A DNA stretch of 60,640 nt, counting the filler. It is 5 parts of 5 records of this genome, joined end to end, with 100 filler letters (N's around TTAATTAATTAA, not from the genome) between each part and the next. Parts side by side here need not be neighbours in the genome. Positions count along the whole stretch, not along the records: positions 1 to 10,159 come from SRR2962707_1631; 4 more parts are not named here. One strand, given 5' to 3'. This document shows positions 1 through 9,740 of the stretch, piece by piece. The notes beneath the pieces are model-generated. The model saw only the letters and a list, made by a program, of their open reading frames with translations, was not told the DNA's origin and made no database searches. Position 1 is the stretch's first letter; each line of letters begins with the position of its first letter. Both the position numbers and the translations under genes were made by a program.

Positions 1-727
1 CGGATCATTTGATCCGCGTGTGCGCGTGGTGGCGGCAGGCCTGTTTGCCGTGATGGTGGTGGCCTTGCATCAGGTTGAATTTGCCTTTGGCGCATTTCTG
101 CTGGCCCTCGGGACCGTGTTTCTGACCGATCTTCCCCTGCGCTTGACCTTAAAACGCATGGCGGCGATGGACGGCTTTATCATTGTGATGCTGGTGATGT
201 TGCCCTTTACAACACCCGGCACACCGATGTTTTCGCTGTTGGGGGCGGATGCCAGCAAAGAAGGCCTGATGCATGCGGTTTTGATCGGTGTGCGGGCCAA
301 TGCGGTTGTCCTGATGATGCTAAGCCTGCTGTCTGGCCTGTCGCCGGTGGCATTGGGGCATACCCTGTATCGCTTGAAATGCCCGGCGGCACTGGTGCAT
401 CTGATGATGTTCACGGTGCGTTATATTTCCGTTTTGCATGACGAATATCACCGGCTGCGCATGGCGATGAAGCTGCGCGGGTTTCGGGCGCGCAACACAT
501 TCCATACCTACCGCTCGATTGGCTATCTTTTCGGCATGTTGCTTGTCCGCTCCCTTGAACGGGCCGAACGCGTGCTTGAGGCCATGAAATGCCGTGGCTT
601 TAGTGGCCATTTCCCGATGATTGATCATTTGGAATTTAAGGTCCGTGACGGCATGCTGGCCGTTGGTTTTGGCGTCATGATTGGCGCACTTGTCCTGTTG
701 GATCGAATTTATGTCTTCGCTTATTGA
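1..727 (+). CDS. cbiQ: Ni/Co ECF transporter T component (CbiQ/NikQ), 5' end probably just outside the window
   Basis: Hydrophobic ORF opening with the 'DPRVR' motif. Carries ECF-T signatures 'AMKLRGF' and 'RSLERAERVLEAMKCRGF'. Overlaps a CbiO-type ATPase. Confidence 0.9.
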   Translation, partial: GSFDPRVRVVAAGLFAVMVVALHQVEFAFGAFLLALGTVFLTDLPLRLTLKRMAAMDGFIIVMLVMLPFTTPGTPMFSLLGADASKEGLMHAVLIGVRANAVVLMMLSLLSGLSPVALGHTLYRLKCPAALVHLMMFTVRYISVLHDEYHRLRMAMKLRGFRARNTFHTYRSIGYLFGMLLVRSLERAERVLEAMKCRGFSGHFPMIDHLEFKVRDGMLAVGFGVMIGALVLLDRIYVFAY

Positions 728-1451
728 ACTCAACGATATTTCGTATGGCTATCGGTCCGGGCAAAAGGTGCTGGATCGTGTCAGTCTGACCCTTGATGCC
801 GGGGAACGGCTTTTTATCACCGGTCCGAACGGGGCAGGGAAAAGCACGCTTTTGCGCATTCTGGTTGGCCTGATCAAACCGCATCATGGTCGGATATCGG
901 CATTTGGTCAGCCGCGTGTTCAGGAAGCCGATTTTCATGATCTGCGCTGTCGGGTTGGGTTCATTGTGCAGGACCCCGATGATCAGCTGTTTTGTCCAAC
1001 TGTGGTAGAAGACATCGCCTTTGGTCCGCTCAACCTTGGCGCCAGCCGCGATGAGGCACTGGCGATTGTTGATGACGTTCTCGATCAACTGCATCTGCGT
1101 CATTTGCGCGAACGCATCACCCATGAATTATCCGGTGGGGAAAAACGGCTGGTGTCGGTCGCGGCTGTTTTGGCTATGCGCCCCGATGTGTTGCTGCTTG
1201 ATGAGCCAACCAATGCGCTGGACGAAGAAAACCTCGAACGGCTTGAAGAAATCCTGCGCGACCTGCCGCAGGCTATGATCCTGATTTCCCATGACCCGCA
1301 TTTCCGCCGTAAACTGGCCACTCGGACACTTGAACTGCGCGGCGGTAAGCTATCAGATCGTACTGCCCCAAAATGCAGTGCCGCTGATCGTGGACACGAC
1401 GCAGTCAACGTCAACGCCAATGCCAATGCCAGCGCATCTGCCGCTCAGTAA
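711..1451 (+). CDS. cbiO: ECF transporter ATPase (CbiO/NikO)
   Basis: Walker A GPNGAGKST, Q-loop 'QDPDDQLF', signature LSGGE, Walker B LLLDEPT. Start placed at ATG 711. Confidence 0.92.
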   Translation: MSSLIELNDISYGYRSGQKVLDRVSLTLDAGERLFITGPNGAGKSTLLRILVGLIKPHHGRISAFGQPRVQEADFHDLRCRVGFIVQDPDDQLFCPTVVEDIAFGPLNLGASRDEALAIVDDVLDQLHLRHLRERITHELSGGEKRLVSVAAVLAMRPDVLLLDEPTNALDEENLERLEEILRDLPQAMILISHDPHFRRKLATRTLELRGGKLSDRTAPKCSAADRGHDAVNVNANANASASAAQ

Positions 1452-1461
1452 GTTTTGATGA

Positions 1462-2922
1462 ATGGTTTCATCCATGTCGCCATTTTCCGTTTCCGCCTTT
1501 CGCCATTTGTTTGGCGCACAGATCACATCCCTTGTGGGGACGGGCCTCACCACAGTTGCACTGTCGCTTCTGGCATTTGATCTTGCCGGGGAGGACGCCG
1601 GGCTTGTTCTGGGCTCTGTTCTGGCGCTTAAAATGGTCGCCTATCTGCTGATTGCGCCGGTCGCGGGCGGTATTGCCCATCGAGTACCGCGCCGGGCGTG
1701 GCTGGTCGGTTTGGATGTGCTGCGCGCCGCAATCGTTCTCTGTCTGCCGTTCGTTGATCAAATCTGGCAGATTTTCGTTCTGGTGTTTGTCATCAACGCG
1801 GCATCGGCCGGTTTTACGCCAGTGTTTCAGGCCATCATTCCCGACATACTTGATGACGAAAAAACATATACCAAGGGGCTGTCCTATGCCCGGTTTGCCT
1901 ATGACCTTGAAAACCTTGCCAGTCCGGCCTTGGCCGCAGGCTTACTGTTTGTCTGGCAATTTGACAGCCTGTTTATCGTCAATTGCCTGACCTTTGTTGT
2001 CTCCGCTACCCTGATTGTTAGCGCTAACATCCCCGCTGCGGCTCAGACAGATCGGGTCGGTGGGTTTTATGAAAACACGCTGTTTGGCTTGGTGGCCTAT
2101 CTTAAAACACCGCGCCTGCGGGGATTGCTTGCGGTTTATTTTGCGGTGTCATGTGTCGGGGCAATGATCATCGTCAACACCGTTGTTTTGACCCGGTCTG
2201 TGCTGGGCGGCAGCGAAATCATGACAACGGTGTTTCTGGCATGTGCCGGGGCGGGATCGATGTGTGCTGCCTTCCTGATCCCCAGGGTGATTGACCAGCT
2301 TGGCGAACGCAGATTGATGTTGTCGGGGATCGTGTTTGCCGCCGGGGCGATGCTGGTGGGGGGCATCAATATGATGTTCGGCTTTGAAAGTGCGGTTTTC
2401 TATGCCGTTCTGTGGGCCATTGCCGGGGCAGGGACAACATTTGCTCAAACACCCGGCGGCAGGCTGGTGCAACGTTCGGCTGCAGTCGGCGATAAATCGG
2501 CGTTCTTTGCGGCAAACTTTGCGCTGTCGCATGGTGGTTGGCTGGTGGCCTATGCCATGGTCGGCTGGCTGGGTGGATTGGTTGATTTGTCCGTTGCCTT
2601 TCTGGCGTCGGGCAGCATGGCGTTGCTGGGGGTCGGGTTGGCCGTTTCAGTCTGGCCGCGCAAGGATCCGCTGGAAATTCATCACAGCCATCCGGGGTTT
2701 TGGCATGACCATCCCCATGACCATCATGATCCGCACCATACGCATGCACACCCGGGAACGCAAACCCATGCGGCGGATGCCAATGATCATGCTCATGCAC
2801 ATTCTGCCGATGGTGAACGCCATCGCCACGAACATTTCCACCCGCCGGTCACGCACAAGCATCGCTTTGTGATCGACAGCCATCACAGCCGCTGGCCGGT
2901 CGAAAGTGGCGAACAGGTCTAG
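1462..2922 (+). CDS. MFS transporter with His-rich C-terminal tail (NreB/NrsD-like nickel resistance permease)
   Basis: 'FRHLFGAQITSLVGTGL' N-terminus and about 12 TM segments. The tail has 24 His and ends 'HKHRFVIDSHHSRWP', as in the NreB family. Confidence 0.85.
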   Translation: MVSSMSPFSVSAFRHLFGAQITSLVGTGLTTVALSLLAFDLAGEDAGLVLGSVLALKMVAYLLIAPVAGGIAHRVPRRAWLVGLDVLRAAIVLCLPFVDQIWQIFVLVFVINAASAGFTPVFQAIIPDILDDEKTYTKGLSYARFAYDLENLASPALAAGLLFVWQFDSLFIVNCLTFVVSATLIVSANIPAAAQTDRVGGFYENTLFGLVAYLKTPRLRGLLAVYFAVSCVGAMIIVNTVVLTRSVLGGSEIMTTVFLACAGAGSMCAAFLIPRVIDQLGERRLMLSGIVFAAGAMLVGGINMMFGFESAVFYAVLWAIAGAGTTFAQTPGGRLVQRSAAVGDKSAFFAANFALSHGGWLVAYAMVGWLGGLVDLSVAFLASGSMALLGVGLAVSVWPRKDPLEIHHSHPGFWHDHPHDHHDPHHTHAHPGTQTHAADANDHAHAHSADGERHRHEHFHPPVTHKHRFVIDSHHSRWPVESGEQV

Positions 2923-2928
2923 TAACGC

Positions 2929-3600
2929 TTATGCCTTGCTCTGACGGCGCGCAACCACCCAGGCGCCGACACCAAAAATCCCGATGATAATGCCGATCCC
3001 GCCCAGAATGTCAGACATGCGGACATCATTGCGATAGGCATTGATCTCAGCACGCAACGGCCCGACCTGACGCGCAACCGCCCGATTGATCAAGGCCGTC
3101 AAATCACCCTCAGACAGCCCCTTGATGCCGATATTGCCATTACCTGCAATGGCCTCGGTACCTTCATCTACCGGGGCTGGCGAAGCCGTGGGGGCGGTAT
3201 CGGCCAAGGGGGCCGCGTCATGAAGGGCGCTAACCGTGATGGCATCGCCATCTGTTGCCTCGGGCAGGGTTTCTAAAAACTCGGTTTTGGGCAGTGCAAA
3301 ACTCGCGATATGGCCATCCCCTGTATCGGCGAAAACGGCATAATCGGCCCGGTGGCTGACGCGCAGGGCAAAACTGCCATCGCTGTCGGCTGTGGTTGTC
3401 AAAAGGGCGGTGTCAGAACCGTCTTTCAACGTGACAGTCGCATTGCGCGCCCGCGTACCGCCGGTAAAATAGACATATCCCTCAATCACTTCGCCGTCGC
3501 TGATAGCAAAGACATTTAAGTTATGCGCCTGTGCCATTCCAACCGGCAGAACAAGCAGCAAGGTCAGGACACTTAAGAATTTGCGATAGGGTGAGGTCAT
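2929..3600 (-). CDS. CbiL/NikL-like accessory protein of a Ni/Co ECF transporter
   Basis: Signal peptide ending 'AQA-HNLNVF', beta-rich periplasmic domain, C-terminal TM 'DILGGIGIIIGIFG'. Ni/Co transporter context. Confidence 0.7.
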   Translation of the reverse strand: MTSPYRKFLSVLTLLLVLPVGMAQAHNLNVFAISDGEVIEGYVYFTGGTRARNATVTLKDGSDTALLTTTADSDGSFALRVSHRADYAVFADTGDGHIASFALPKTEFLETLPEATDGDAITVSALHDAAPLADTAPTASPAPVDEGTEAIAGNGNIGIKGLSEGDLTALINRAVARQVGPLRAEINAYRNDVRMSDILGGIGIIIGIFGVGAWVVARRQSKA

Positions 3601-3670
3601 CGAGATTGCCTGTTTTAGGGATGTCGCAACGGAAAATGGCGGGCAGGAACCTGCCCGCATTTCACGCCAA

Positions 3671-4456
3671 TCAGTTCATTGCGTCGGTTTTTACCCAAAT
3701 CACTCCACCACGCTCGACAGGAACTTGTTCTTCGCTGTTGGGGGCGGCCATCGTGCCGTCTTCGATCAATGCGGCAAACACCCACCAGCCATCCTTTGGC
3801 ATGGCGTAATGGAAAATGCCGTTGGCATCGGCCTTAATCACCTGGGTGGCAAATGTCGCATTGGGTAAGGTGACACTGCCATCATTGGCATATTCAACTT
3901 CGACCTCGGCAAACGGCACCGGGTCGCCATTGTGGCGCACCATTCCGGAAAACACATTGCCGGTCCAGATGCCATATGGCCGGGTCAGCGGTTCGATCTC
4001 AACCGGAAAACCGACCATCTGGTCCCAGTCTTCCCCGGCATCAAAGGCATCAATGACGGTCTTGGTATATTGAATGATGTATTTGCCTTCTGCCGGCTCA
4101 AAATATGGAACCGGTTCAAGGTAAAAGGCATATCCCCCCGGTGCCTTAATAGTCGTCTTGGCGTCAAACGCGCCCTTGCCATCCACCGTCTTGGCGGTCA
4201 GCGACGACATAAGGTCGGTTTTTTCCCCATTGTGCTGCACACCAAACTGCAACGGTGTAACCATTTCCATCGCCGGGCCATTGGTCATTGGGTGGGTAAA
4301 GGTCAGATCAAATGTCACCTGCGTCCCGCTGTCCTGATCGACCACATTGGCCGACGGAATCATTTTCTGGAAATGCGCCTGCGCCGTGCCAACGACCGCA
4401 GTGCTAAAGGCCAGAGTAAGGGCAAGTTTGGGTAAAAAGCCGCTGGGCAGGGACAT
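3671..4456 (-). CDS. DUF4198 family periplasmic protein of Ni/Co uptake systems
   Basis: Signal peptide followed by 'HFQ..IP', 'FTHP', 'EIEPLTRPYG', 'VPFAEVEVE' and 'GWWVFAAL'. Start placed at ATG 4456. Confidence 0.82.
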   Translation of the reverse strand: MSLPSGFLPKLALTLAFSTAVVGTAQAHFQKMIPSANVVDQDSGTQVTFDLTFTHPMTNGPAMEMVTPLQFGVQHNGEKTDLMSSLTAKTVDGKGAFDAKTTIKAPGGYAFYLEPVPYFEPAEGKYIIQYTKTVIDAFDAGEDWDQMVGFPVEIEPLTRPYGIWTGNVFSGMVRHNGDPVPFAEVEVEYANDGSVTLPNATFATQVIKADANGIFHYAMPKDGWWVFAALIEDGTMAAPNSEEQVPVERGGVIWVKTDAMN

Positions 4457-4530
4457 TGTGCAATCCTTTGTTATGAAGTCTTTTACGCGAACAATTTCAG
4501 ATCGTTCTATGCCCTTTGAAATAAAGTAAA

Positions 4531-4555
4531 TCATACAAAAACGCAAAAGGTATGA
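4531..4555. promoter_or_regulatory. Inverted repeat TCATAC-N13-GTATGA, candidate metal-regulator operator
   Basis: Perfect 6-bp inverted repeat in the divergent intergenic region upstream of the DUF4198 gene. Confidence 0.35.
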
Positions 4556-4669
4556 ATCGTTATTTTGCGACGCCACCGTCAGTGCCCTGCATCAATCACA
4601 CTTTGCATTCGGTGTTTTTACGGTATCGTGCTTGCAAAATTACAGGGTGTGCTGCGAAAAGGGAATTGT

Positions 4670-6157
4670 ATGAGGATTGTATATGTGTCGCCAAACGCGC
4701 AGGAATGCTGGATTGATGCCGCATGGCGACCGACCAAATCCCTTGATGTGGCGGTCAAGGACAGCATGCCGGGCGACCTGATACGGCTTGTTGCAGGGGA
4801 TTACCCCCTTTCCGAGCCATTGGTCTTCCCGCGAAGCGGTCACGAAGGTGCCCCGATCATCCTGCGCGGGGATACCGGATCGCACATAAAAGTGAATAAT
4901 CAGCCGGATTATTCAGTTTCAGCGAATAATCCCGGCCGCGACCGGTTCGCCGCATTTCAGTTGATTGATGTCGCCCATATCCGGATCGAGAACCTGTCGA
5001 TCATCCGCTCCTGGCCAAGTGCGGTCTATATCGAAAACAGCCATGATCTGTGTTTCACCGGGCTTGATATCACGGCGGGCACCTATGCGGTGTATGCCAA
5101 CGGTGCCACAACGCAAGCCATTGAAATTACACAATGTCGCTGGACGCAGGATGATGAAATCTGGCGCAGCATTCGTTGGGATGACATCCATGACGGTGAC
5201 ATTCACCCGGATGGAAAAGCCCCGTTTCGCTACCTCAACGGCGCGTTTTTCGGGGCCGATGACATCATCGGCAATGTCCTGATCGCGCGCAATGACATCC
5301 GTGATTGTTACAATGGTGTTCGGATGGATGTGTCCGCTGAAAACCTTGCTGCCCCCATCGGCAGTTTTAACCGCAACGTTCGCATTTTTGATAATACTTT
5401 CAGCTATATACGCGACAACCCGGTCGAGCCCGAAGCCACCGCAGTTGGCTGGTGGATTGGGCGCAACCGGTTTTACAATTGCCACAAACTGTTTTCACAA
5501 GATGGTGTGCGCGGCGGTTTCTGGTACTATTTTGGCAATATCTGCTGGTTCGACAGCCGCCCGGGACCCGAAGGCGATGAATATAACGGCGGGGCGGTGT
5601 TTAAGCTGGGTAAGGGCGGTTCAGTGCCGCAGCCTGACTTCATATCCGCCTGTTTTCACAACAGCTTTTTCCTGCGTCAGAAATACATCAAGAAGGGCAC
5701 AACACGCGGTTTGATCAATGCGCGCAACGCGATTGAACATGCCGATCCATCTGCCTTGCCCCCCGACTTCATGCCAGCCGATCAGCCGTTTTTTGGCGAT
5801 ACCGATGGCCTTCAACTGTCTGCAGAGGAACCGTTGCCGGTGATGTTTTCTGGCGATCTGGCGAACCACTCAACCTATCCGGCCGTTTTTGACAGCTATC
5901 CGGGCGTGCTTGCCGATCCAAGAAGTGCGCAAACGCCGCTTTTTGACGATGGTTTGGCCGGGCGGTTTGATCTGCGCCGCGCATATCAGACACCATATGA
6001 CAGCAACCTTGCGATCCCGATGCCCGATGGAACCGTTTGGACAGGTCATCAGGATCAGTGGCCCGGCGCGATTACAGATGGAAAGCGCTACGAGGGACCG
6101 GAATTTGTCGCCGTCAATCTTGAATATGTTCGCGAACTTTTGAACACGCGGGATTAA
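4670..6157 (+). CDS. Right-handed parallel beta-helix repeat protein (pectin lyase-like fold)
   Basis: 'PGDLIRLVAGDY', 'SGHEGAPIILRG' and repeated 'NxxIxxNxF' units. No obvious signal peptide. Confidence 0.72.
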   Translation: MRIVYVSPNAQECWIDAAWRPTKSLDVAVKDSMPGDLIRLVAGDYPLSEPLVFPRSGHEGAPIILRGDTGSHIKVNNQPDYSVSANNPGRDRFAAFQLIDVAHIRIENLSIIRSWPSAVYIENSHDLCFTGLDITAGTYAVYANGATTQAIEITQCRWTQDDEIWRSIRWDDIHDGDIHPDGKAPFRYLNGAFFGADDIIGNVLIARNDIRDCYNGVRMDVSAENLAAPIGSFNRNVRIFDNTFSYIRDNPVEPEATAVGWWIGRNRFYNCHKLFSQDGVRGGFWYYFGNICWFDSRPGPEGDEYNGGAVFKLGKGGSVPQPDFISACFHNSFFLRQKYIKKGTTRGLINARNAIEHADPSALPPDFMPADQPFFGDTDGLQLSAEEPLPVMFSGDLANHSTYPAVFDSYPGVLADPRSAQTPLFDDGLAGRFDLRRAYQTPYDSNLAIPMPDGTVWTGHQDQWPGAITDGKRYEGPEFVAVNLEYVRELLNTRD

Positions 6158-6220
6158 CACAGCGCCATAGAGGGCCAGAACCACGACGTTGCCGTTAGGG
6201 CCGTCATTGGACGTGTCATG

Positions 6221-6237
6221 GTGACGTAAGCGTAAAT
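6221..6237. promoter_or_regulatory. LiuR-type operator (TGACGTAAGCGTAAA)
   Basis: Resembles the TTTACGTWWACGTAAA LiuR palindrome. Lies about 65 bp upstream of a LiuR-like gene. Confidence 0.55.
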
Positions 6238-6301
6238 AGGTTGACTGGCCTGTCTTAATGTTGCGATGGTGTCACATGGTCTTTAACAAACAAGAAAAAT
6301 C

Positions 6302-6739
6302 ATGAACGATAAGCTTTATAGTATTACCGAGCTGGCTGAAGAGTTTGACATCACGCCGCGCGCAATCCGTTTTTACGAAACCAAAAACCTGCTTGCCCCG
6401 CAGCGTGCAGGGGCCACGCGTGTTTACAACTACCGTGACCGGGCACGCTTGATGCTGGTTTTGCGCGGCAAACGGCTTGGCTTTTCGCTTGAGGATATCA
6501 AGGAATACATCGATCTTTATGATGCCGAGCGGAGCGGGACAGAGCAACTTGCGCATTTGATGCTGGTCGGGCGTCGCCGTATTTCCGAGCTTGAACAGCA
6601 GCTTGATGACGTTCAAACAACGCTGGGTGAACTCCGCAAGATTGAGCGTGAGGCGGCAGATGCACTGACGCAAAAGGGCATTGATCCGGAAAAGGCGCTT
6701 TTGGATATCCAGTCTAAATTGGCGATGGAAACCGTATAA
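6302..6739 (+). CDS. MerR-family regulator, LiuR-like
   Basis: 'YSITELAEEFDITPRAIRFYE...RDRARLMLVLRGKRLGFSL' is the LiuR subfamily pattern. Confidence 0.88.
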   Translation: MNDKLYSITELAEEFDITPRAIRFYETKNLLAPQRAGATRVYNYRDRARLMLVLRGKRLGFSLEDIKEYIDLYDAERSGTEQLAHLMLVGRRRISELEQQLDDVQTTLGELRKIEREAADALTQKGIDPEKALLDIQSKLAMETV

Positions 6740-6781
6740 GCAGATCCAAGGCAAACGCATCTAGCGATCTGCCCGATACGT

Positions 6782-6810
6782 AAAAAGCCCGGCATTTGAG
6801 CCGGGCTTTT
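6782..6810. terminator. Bidirectional intrinsic terminator
   Basis: AAAAAGCCCGGC-ATTTGA-GCCGGGCTTTT between convergent genes. Confidence 0.85.
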
Positions 6811-6830
6811 GTGTTTGGGCGACAGTTTTT

Positions 6831-9521
6831 CTATTGCGGGTCACGCTGCAGGGGCAGGGTAACTTCAAAGACTTCTTCGTCGGCGAGATACTTGCGGCTA
6901 AAGCCGAGTTTTTCACACAGTGTCAGCATGCGCCGGTTGTTGGGCAGGACCTGACCAATGAAGGTTTCCGTACCCTTGCGGCGGCAAAATTCGATCATTT
7001 GTTCCATCAACACGCGGCCAAGACCGCGCCCCTTGATGTCGGACCGGACCATGACGGCGTATTCGGCGTGTTCATTGTTCGGATCAATGACAACCTGCAC
7101 CATACCGTGGATTTGCCCTTGTTCTGGGCCATCGGGCACAATGGCCAGAAACGCCATGTCACGGTCGTAATCAAGTTGCGTCTGGCGGGCCATTTCGGAA
7201 TGGGGCAATTCACGGACTGATCCGAAGAACCTAAAATGAATGTCTTCGGGGGTGAGTTTTGACATGAACTCATAGTGAGCCGGTTCGTCTTCGGGTTTGA
7301 TCGGACGCAGCAAATAGGTTGTGCCGTCATCAAGCACCAGTTCCTTTTTCAGGTGCCGAGGATAGGGATGAATGGCCAGACGCTTATCATCGCTGATGAC
7401 TTTTGGTGTGACCTTGATCCGGGCATCAAGGGCGATGACACCGTCCTTATCAGCAAGCAACGGGTTCATATCAAGTTCGAGGACTTCGCCAAGATGCACC
7501 ACAAGCTGCGACAATTTGACCAGCGTCATATAGAGGTCTTCAAGGTTGACCGCCGGGACGTCGCGGTAACCTTTCAGAAGGTTATAAATACGTGTGCCTT
7601 CAACAAGTTCGCGGGCAAGTTTCATGTTTAATGGTGGTAAGGCCATCGCGCGATCACGGACAACTTCGACTTCAACCCCACCATGCCCAAACAGGATCAC
7701 CGGGCCAAAAATCGGATCGGTGGTCATGCCAACAATCAATTCGCGCGCACCGGATCGCTTGACCATTTCCTGTACGGTAAAGCCGCGAACCCGCGCGGTC
7801 GGGAAGGCCTTTTCAACGGTACGCAGCATCTTGGTCGCAGCGTTTTTAACCTCGTCACTGCTGTCAAGGTTGAGCGCCACGCCTCCGATATCTGATTTAT
7901 GGCTGATGTCATCTGACAGGATTTTTAGGGCAACTGGATAGCCAATGTCGTCAGCCGTTTTGACAGCATCTTGGACAGAGGTGGCTGCGAGTGTTTTAAC
8001 TGTTGGGATGCCGTAGCATTCCAAGACAGCCTTGGCTTCGGGTTCAGTCAGCATGTCGCGCCCGGCGTGAATGGCGGCATGAATGATTTGGCGAGCCTTG
8101 TCGATTTGCGGGGTAAAGTCGCGCGGCATCGAGGGCGGCGTTTCCATCAGCAGGTCTTGCAGTTTGCGGTAATTGACCATGTGCTGGAAAGCCGCAACGG
8201 CATTTTCCGGCGTGCGATATGTTGGGATGCCTGCGGCATAGAACATGTTGCGGGCTTCGGCGACGGTGGCTTCGCCGACCCAGTTGGTCAGGATGTTTTT
8301 CTTACTGGTTTTAATAACGTCAATCACGCCCTGCGCGACTTCGACCGGATCGGTAATCGCGGTTGGGGCATGCATGACCAAAAGGCTGTCGATGTTGCTG
8401 TCTTTTAAAACGCACTCAATTGTTTTGGCATAACGTTCGCCCGGCGCATCCCCAATGATATCGACCGGGTTGGCGTGCGACCATGTGCTGGGCAAAAGAC
8501 CATCAAGTGCGGTGATGGTGTCGTCACTCAACTGTGCCAGATGACCATGGCGTTCAATCAGGGCATCGACGGCCAAAACCCCAATCCCGCCACCATTGGT
8601 GACAATGCCCAGTTTATCGCCCCGGAACGGACGCATGCGCGACAGTGTCTCGGCGGCTGAGAACATTTCGCTGACGGTGTACACGCGAAGGACACCCGCA
8701 CGCTTGATCGCAGCATCAAACACATCATCCGCCCCGGCCAGAGCGCCCGTATGAGACGCGGCAGCCGCCGCACCTTCGGCAAAGCGGCCAGACTTGATAC
8801 ACAGGATCGGCTTGTTGCGGGATGCGGCACGGGCAGCTGAGATAAAGCTTCGGCGTTCATGAATGGATTCGATATAGAGCATGATCGCACGGGTTTGTGG
8901 ATCAGACCCGAGATAGTCGATGACATCGCCAAAATCGACATCGTCGCATTCACCCAGCGATATGAAGTGCGAGAAGCCAATGCCGCGTGCGGCAGCCCAG
9001 TCAAGCACAGCGGTACATAGCGCGCCGGACTGTGACACAAAGGCGATTTTACCATTTTCAATGCTTTGGTGGCTGAAACTGGCGTTTAGACCAATGCCCG
9101 GAACCATAAGGCCCAGACAGTTCGGGCCAAGAAGGCGCATTTTACGGCGAGCGGCAATGTCGAGCATTGCCTGTTTGATGCTGCGCGTCTCATCAAAGGG
9201 TTCCGCGCCAAGCCCGGCAGTCAGGACAATCGCCGCAAGGCATCCTTTGTCGGCAAGGCATTCCATCGTTGGCACAACGGCCTTTGGCGGCACACAAATA
9301 ACCGCAAGTTCCGGTGTCACCGGCAGGCTATTGACATCAGGGTAGGCCAGGACACCGCCAATCGATTGACTGTGCGGATTGACCGGCATGATCGGCCCTT
9401 TAAACCCACCAGCCAAAAGGTTCCGCATCATGACCTGTCCCACAGAATGGGGGCGGTTTGATGCGCCAATGACGGCAACAGATTTGGGTTTAAACAAATG
9501 GTCGAGGTTGATCGTGCTCAT
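6831..9521 (-). CDS. Acyl-CoA synthetase (ADP-forming)-like / GNAT fusion, Pat-type protein lysine acetyltransferase
   Basis: CoA-binding 'PKSVAVIGAS', 'GPNCLG', 'SQSGA', 'SHTGALAG', ATP-grasp 'HKSDIGGV' and C-terminal GNAT 'KGRGLG'. Confidence 0.9.
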   Translation of the reverse strand: MSTINLDHLFKPKSVAVIGASNRPHSVGQVMMRNLLAGGFKGPIMPVNPHSQSIGGVLAYPDVNSLPVTPELAVICVPPKAVVPTMECLADKGCLAAIVLTAGLGAEPFDETRSIKQAMLDIAARRKMRLLGPNCLGLMVPGIGLNASFSHQSIENGKIAFVSQSGALCTAVLDWAAARGIGFSHFISLGECDDVDFGDVIDYLGSDPQTRAIMLYIESIHERRSFISAARAASRNKPILCIKSGRFAEGAAAAASHTGALAGADDVFDAAIKRAGVLRVYTVSEMFSAAETLSRMRPFRGDKLGIVTNGGGIGVLAVDALIERHGHLAQLSDDTITALDGLLPSTWSHANPVDIIGDAPGERYAKTIECVLKDSNIDSLLVMHAPTAITDPVEVAQGVIDVIKTSKKNILTNWVGEATVAEARNMFYAAGIPTYRTPENAVAAFQHMVNYRKLQDLLMETPPSMPRDFTPQIDKARQIIHAAIHAGRDMLTEPEAKAVLECYGIPTVKTLAATSVQDAVKTADDIGYPVALKILSDDISHKSDIGGVALNLDSSDEVKNAATKMLRTVEKAFPTARVRGFTVQEMVKRSGARELIVGMTTDPIFGPVILFGHGGVEVEVVRDRAMALPPLNMKLARELVEGTRIYNLLKGYRDVPAVNLEDLYMTLVKLSQLVVHLGEVLELDMNPLLADKDGVIALDARIKVTPKVISDDKRLAIHPYPRHLKKELVLDDGTTYLLRPIKPEDEPAHYEFMSKLTPEDIHFRFFGSVRELPHSEMARQTQLDYDRDMAFLAIVPDGPEQGQIHGMVQVVIDPNNEHAEYAVMVRSDIKGRGLGRVLMEQMIEFCRRKGTETFIGQVLPNNRRMLTLCEKLGFSRKYLADEEVFEVTLPLQRDPQ

Positions 9522-9740
9522 GGCCGTGTTCCCGCGTTATGTTTGGGGCCGGTTCAGTGCATCCGCCAATGCGTCTATGGTCGTGACGGCCTTTTGACCG
9601 ATGCTATTGTTTCAGCTGCGAGAGGTTATGTCAGGCCAAATTATATTGATTTGCTTTGCATCAATAAAGCACTGAAGTGACAAAGTTTTTATGGAGTTGT
9701 CACATATCTGTCCTAGCGGGTCAGGTGCTACGTGTGCTCA

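Noticed and set aside
1403-1448. Hexamer-like run encoding VNVNANANASASA at the CbiO C-terminus
   Set aside because: Short low-complexity tail from slippage, with no functional evidence.
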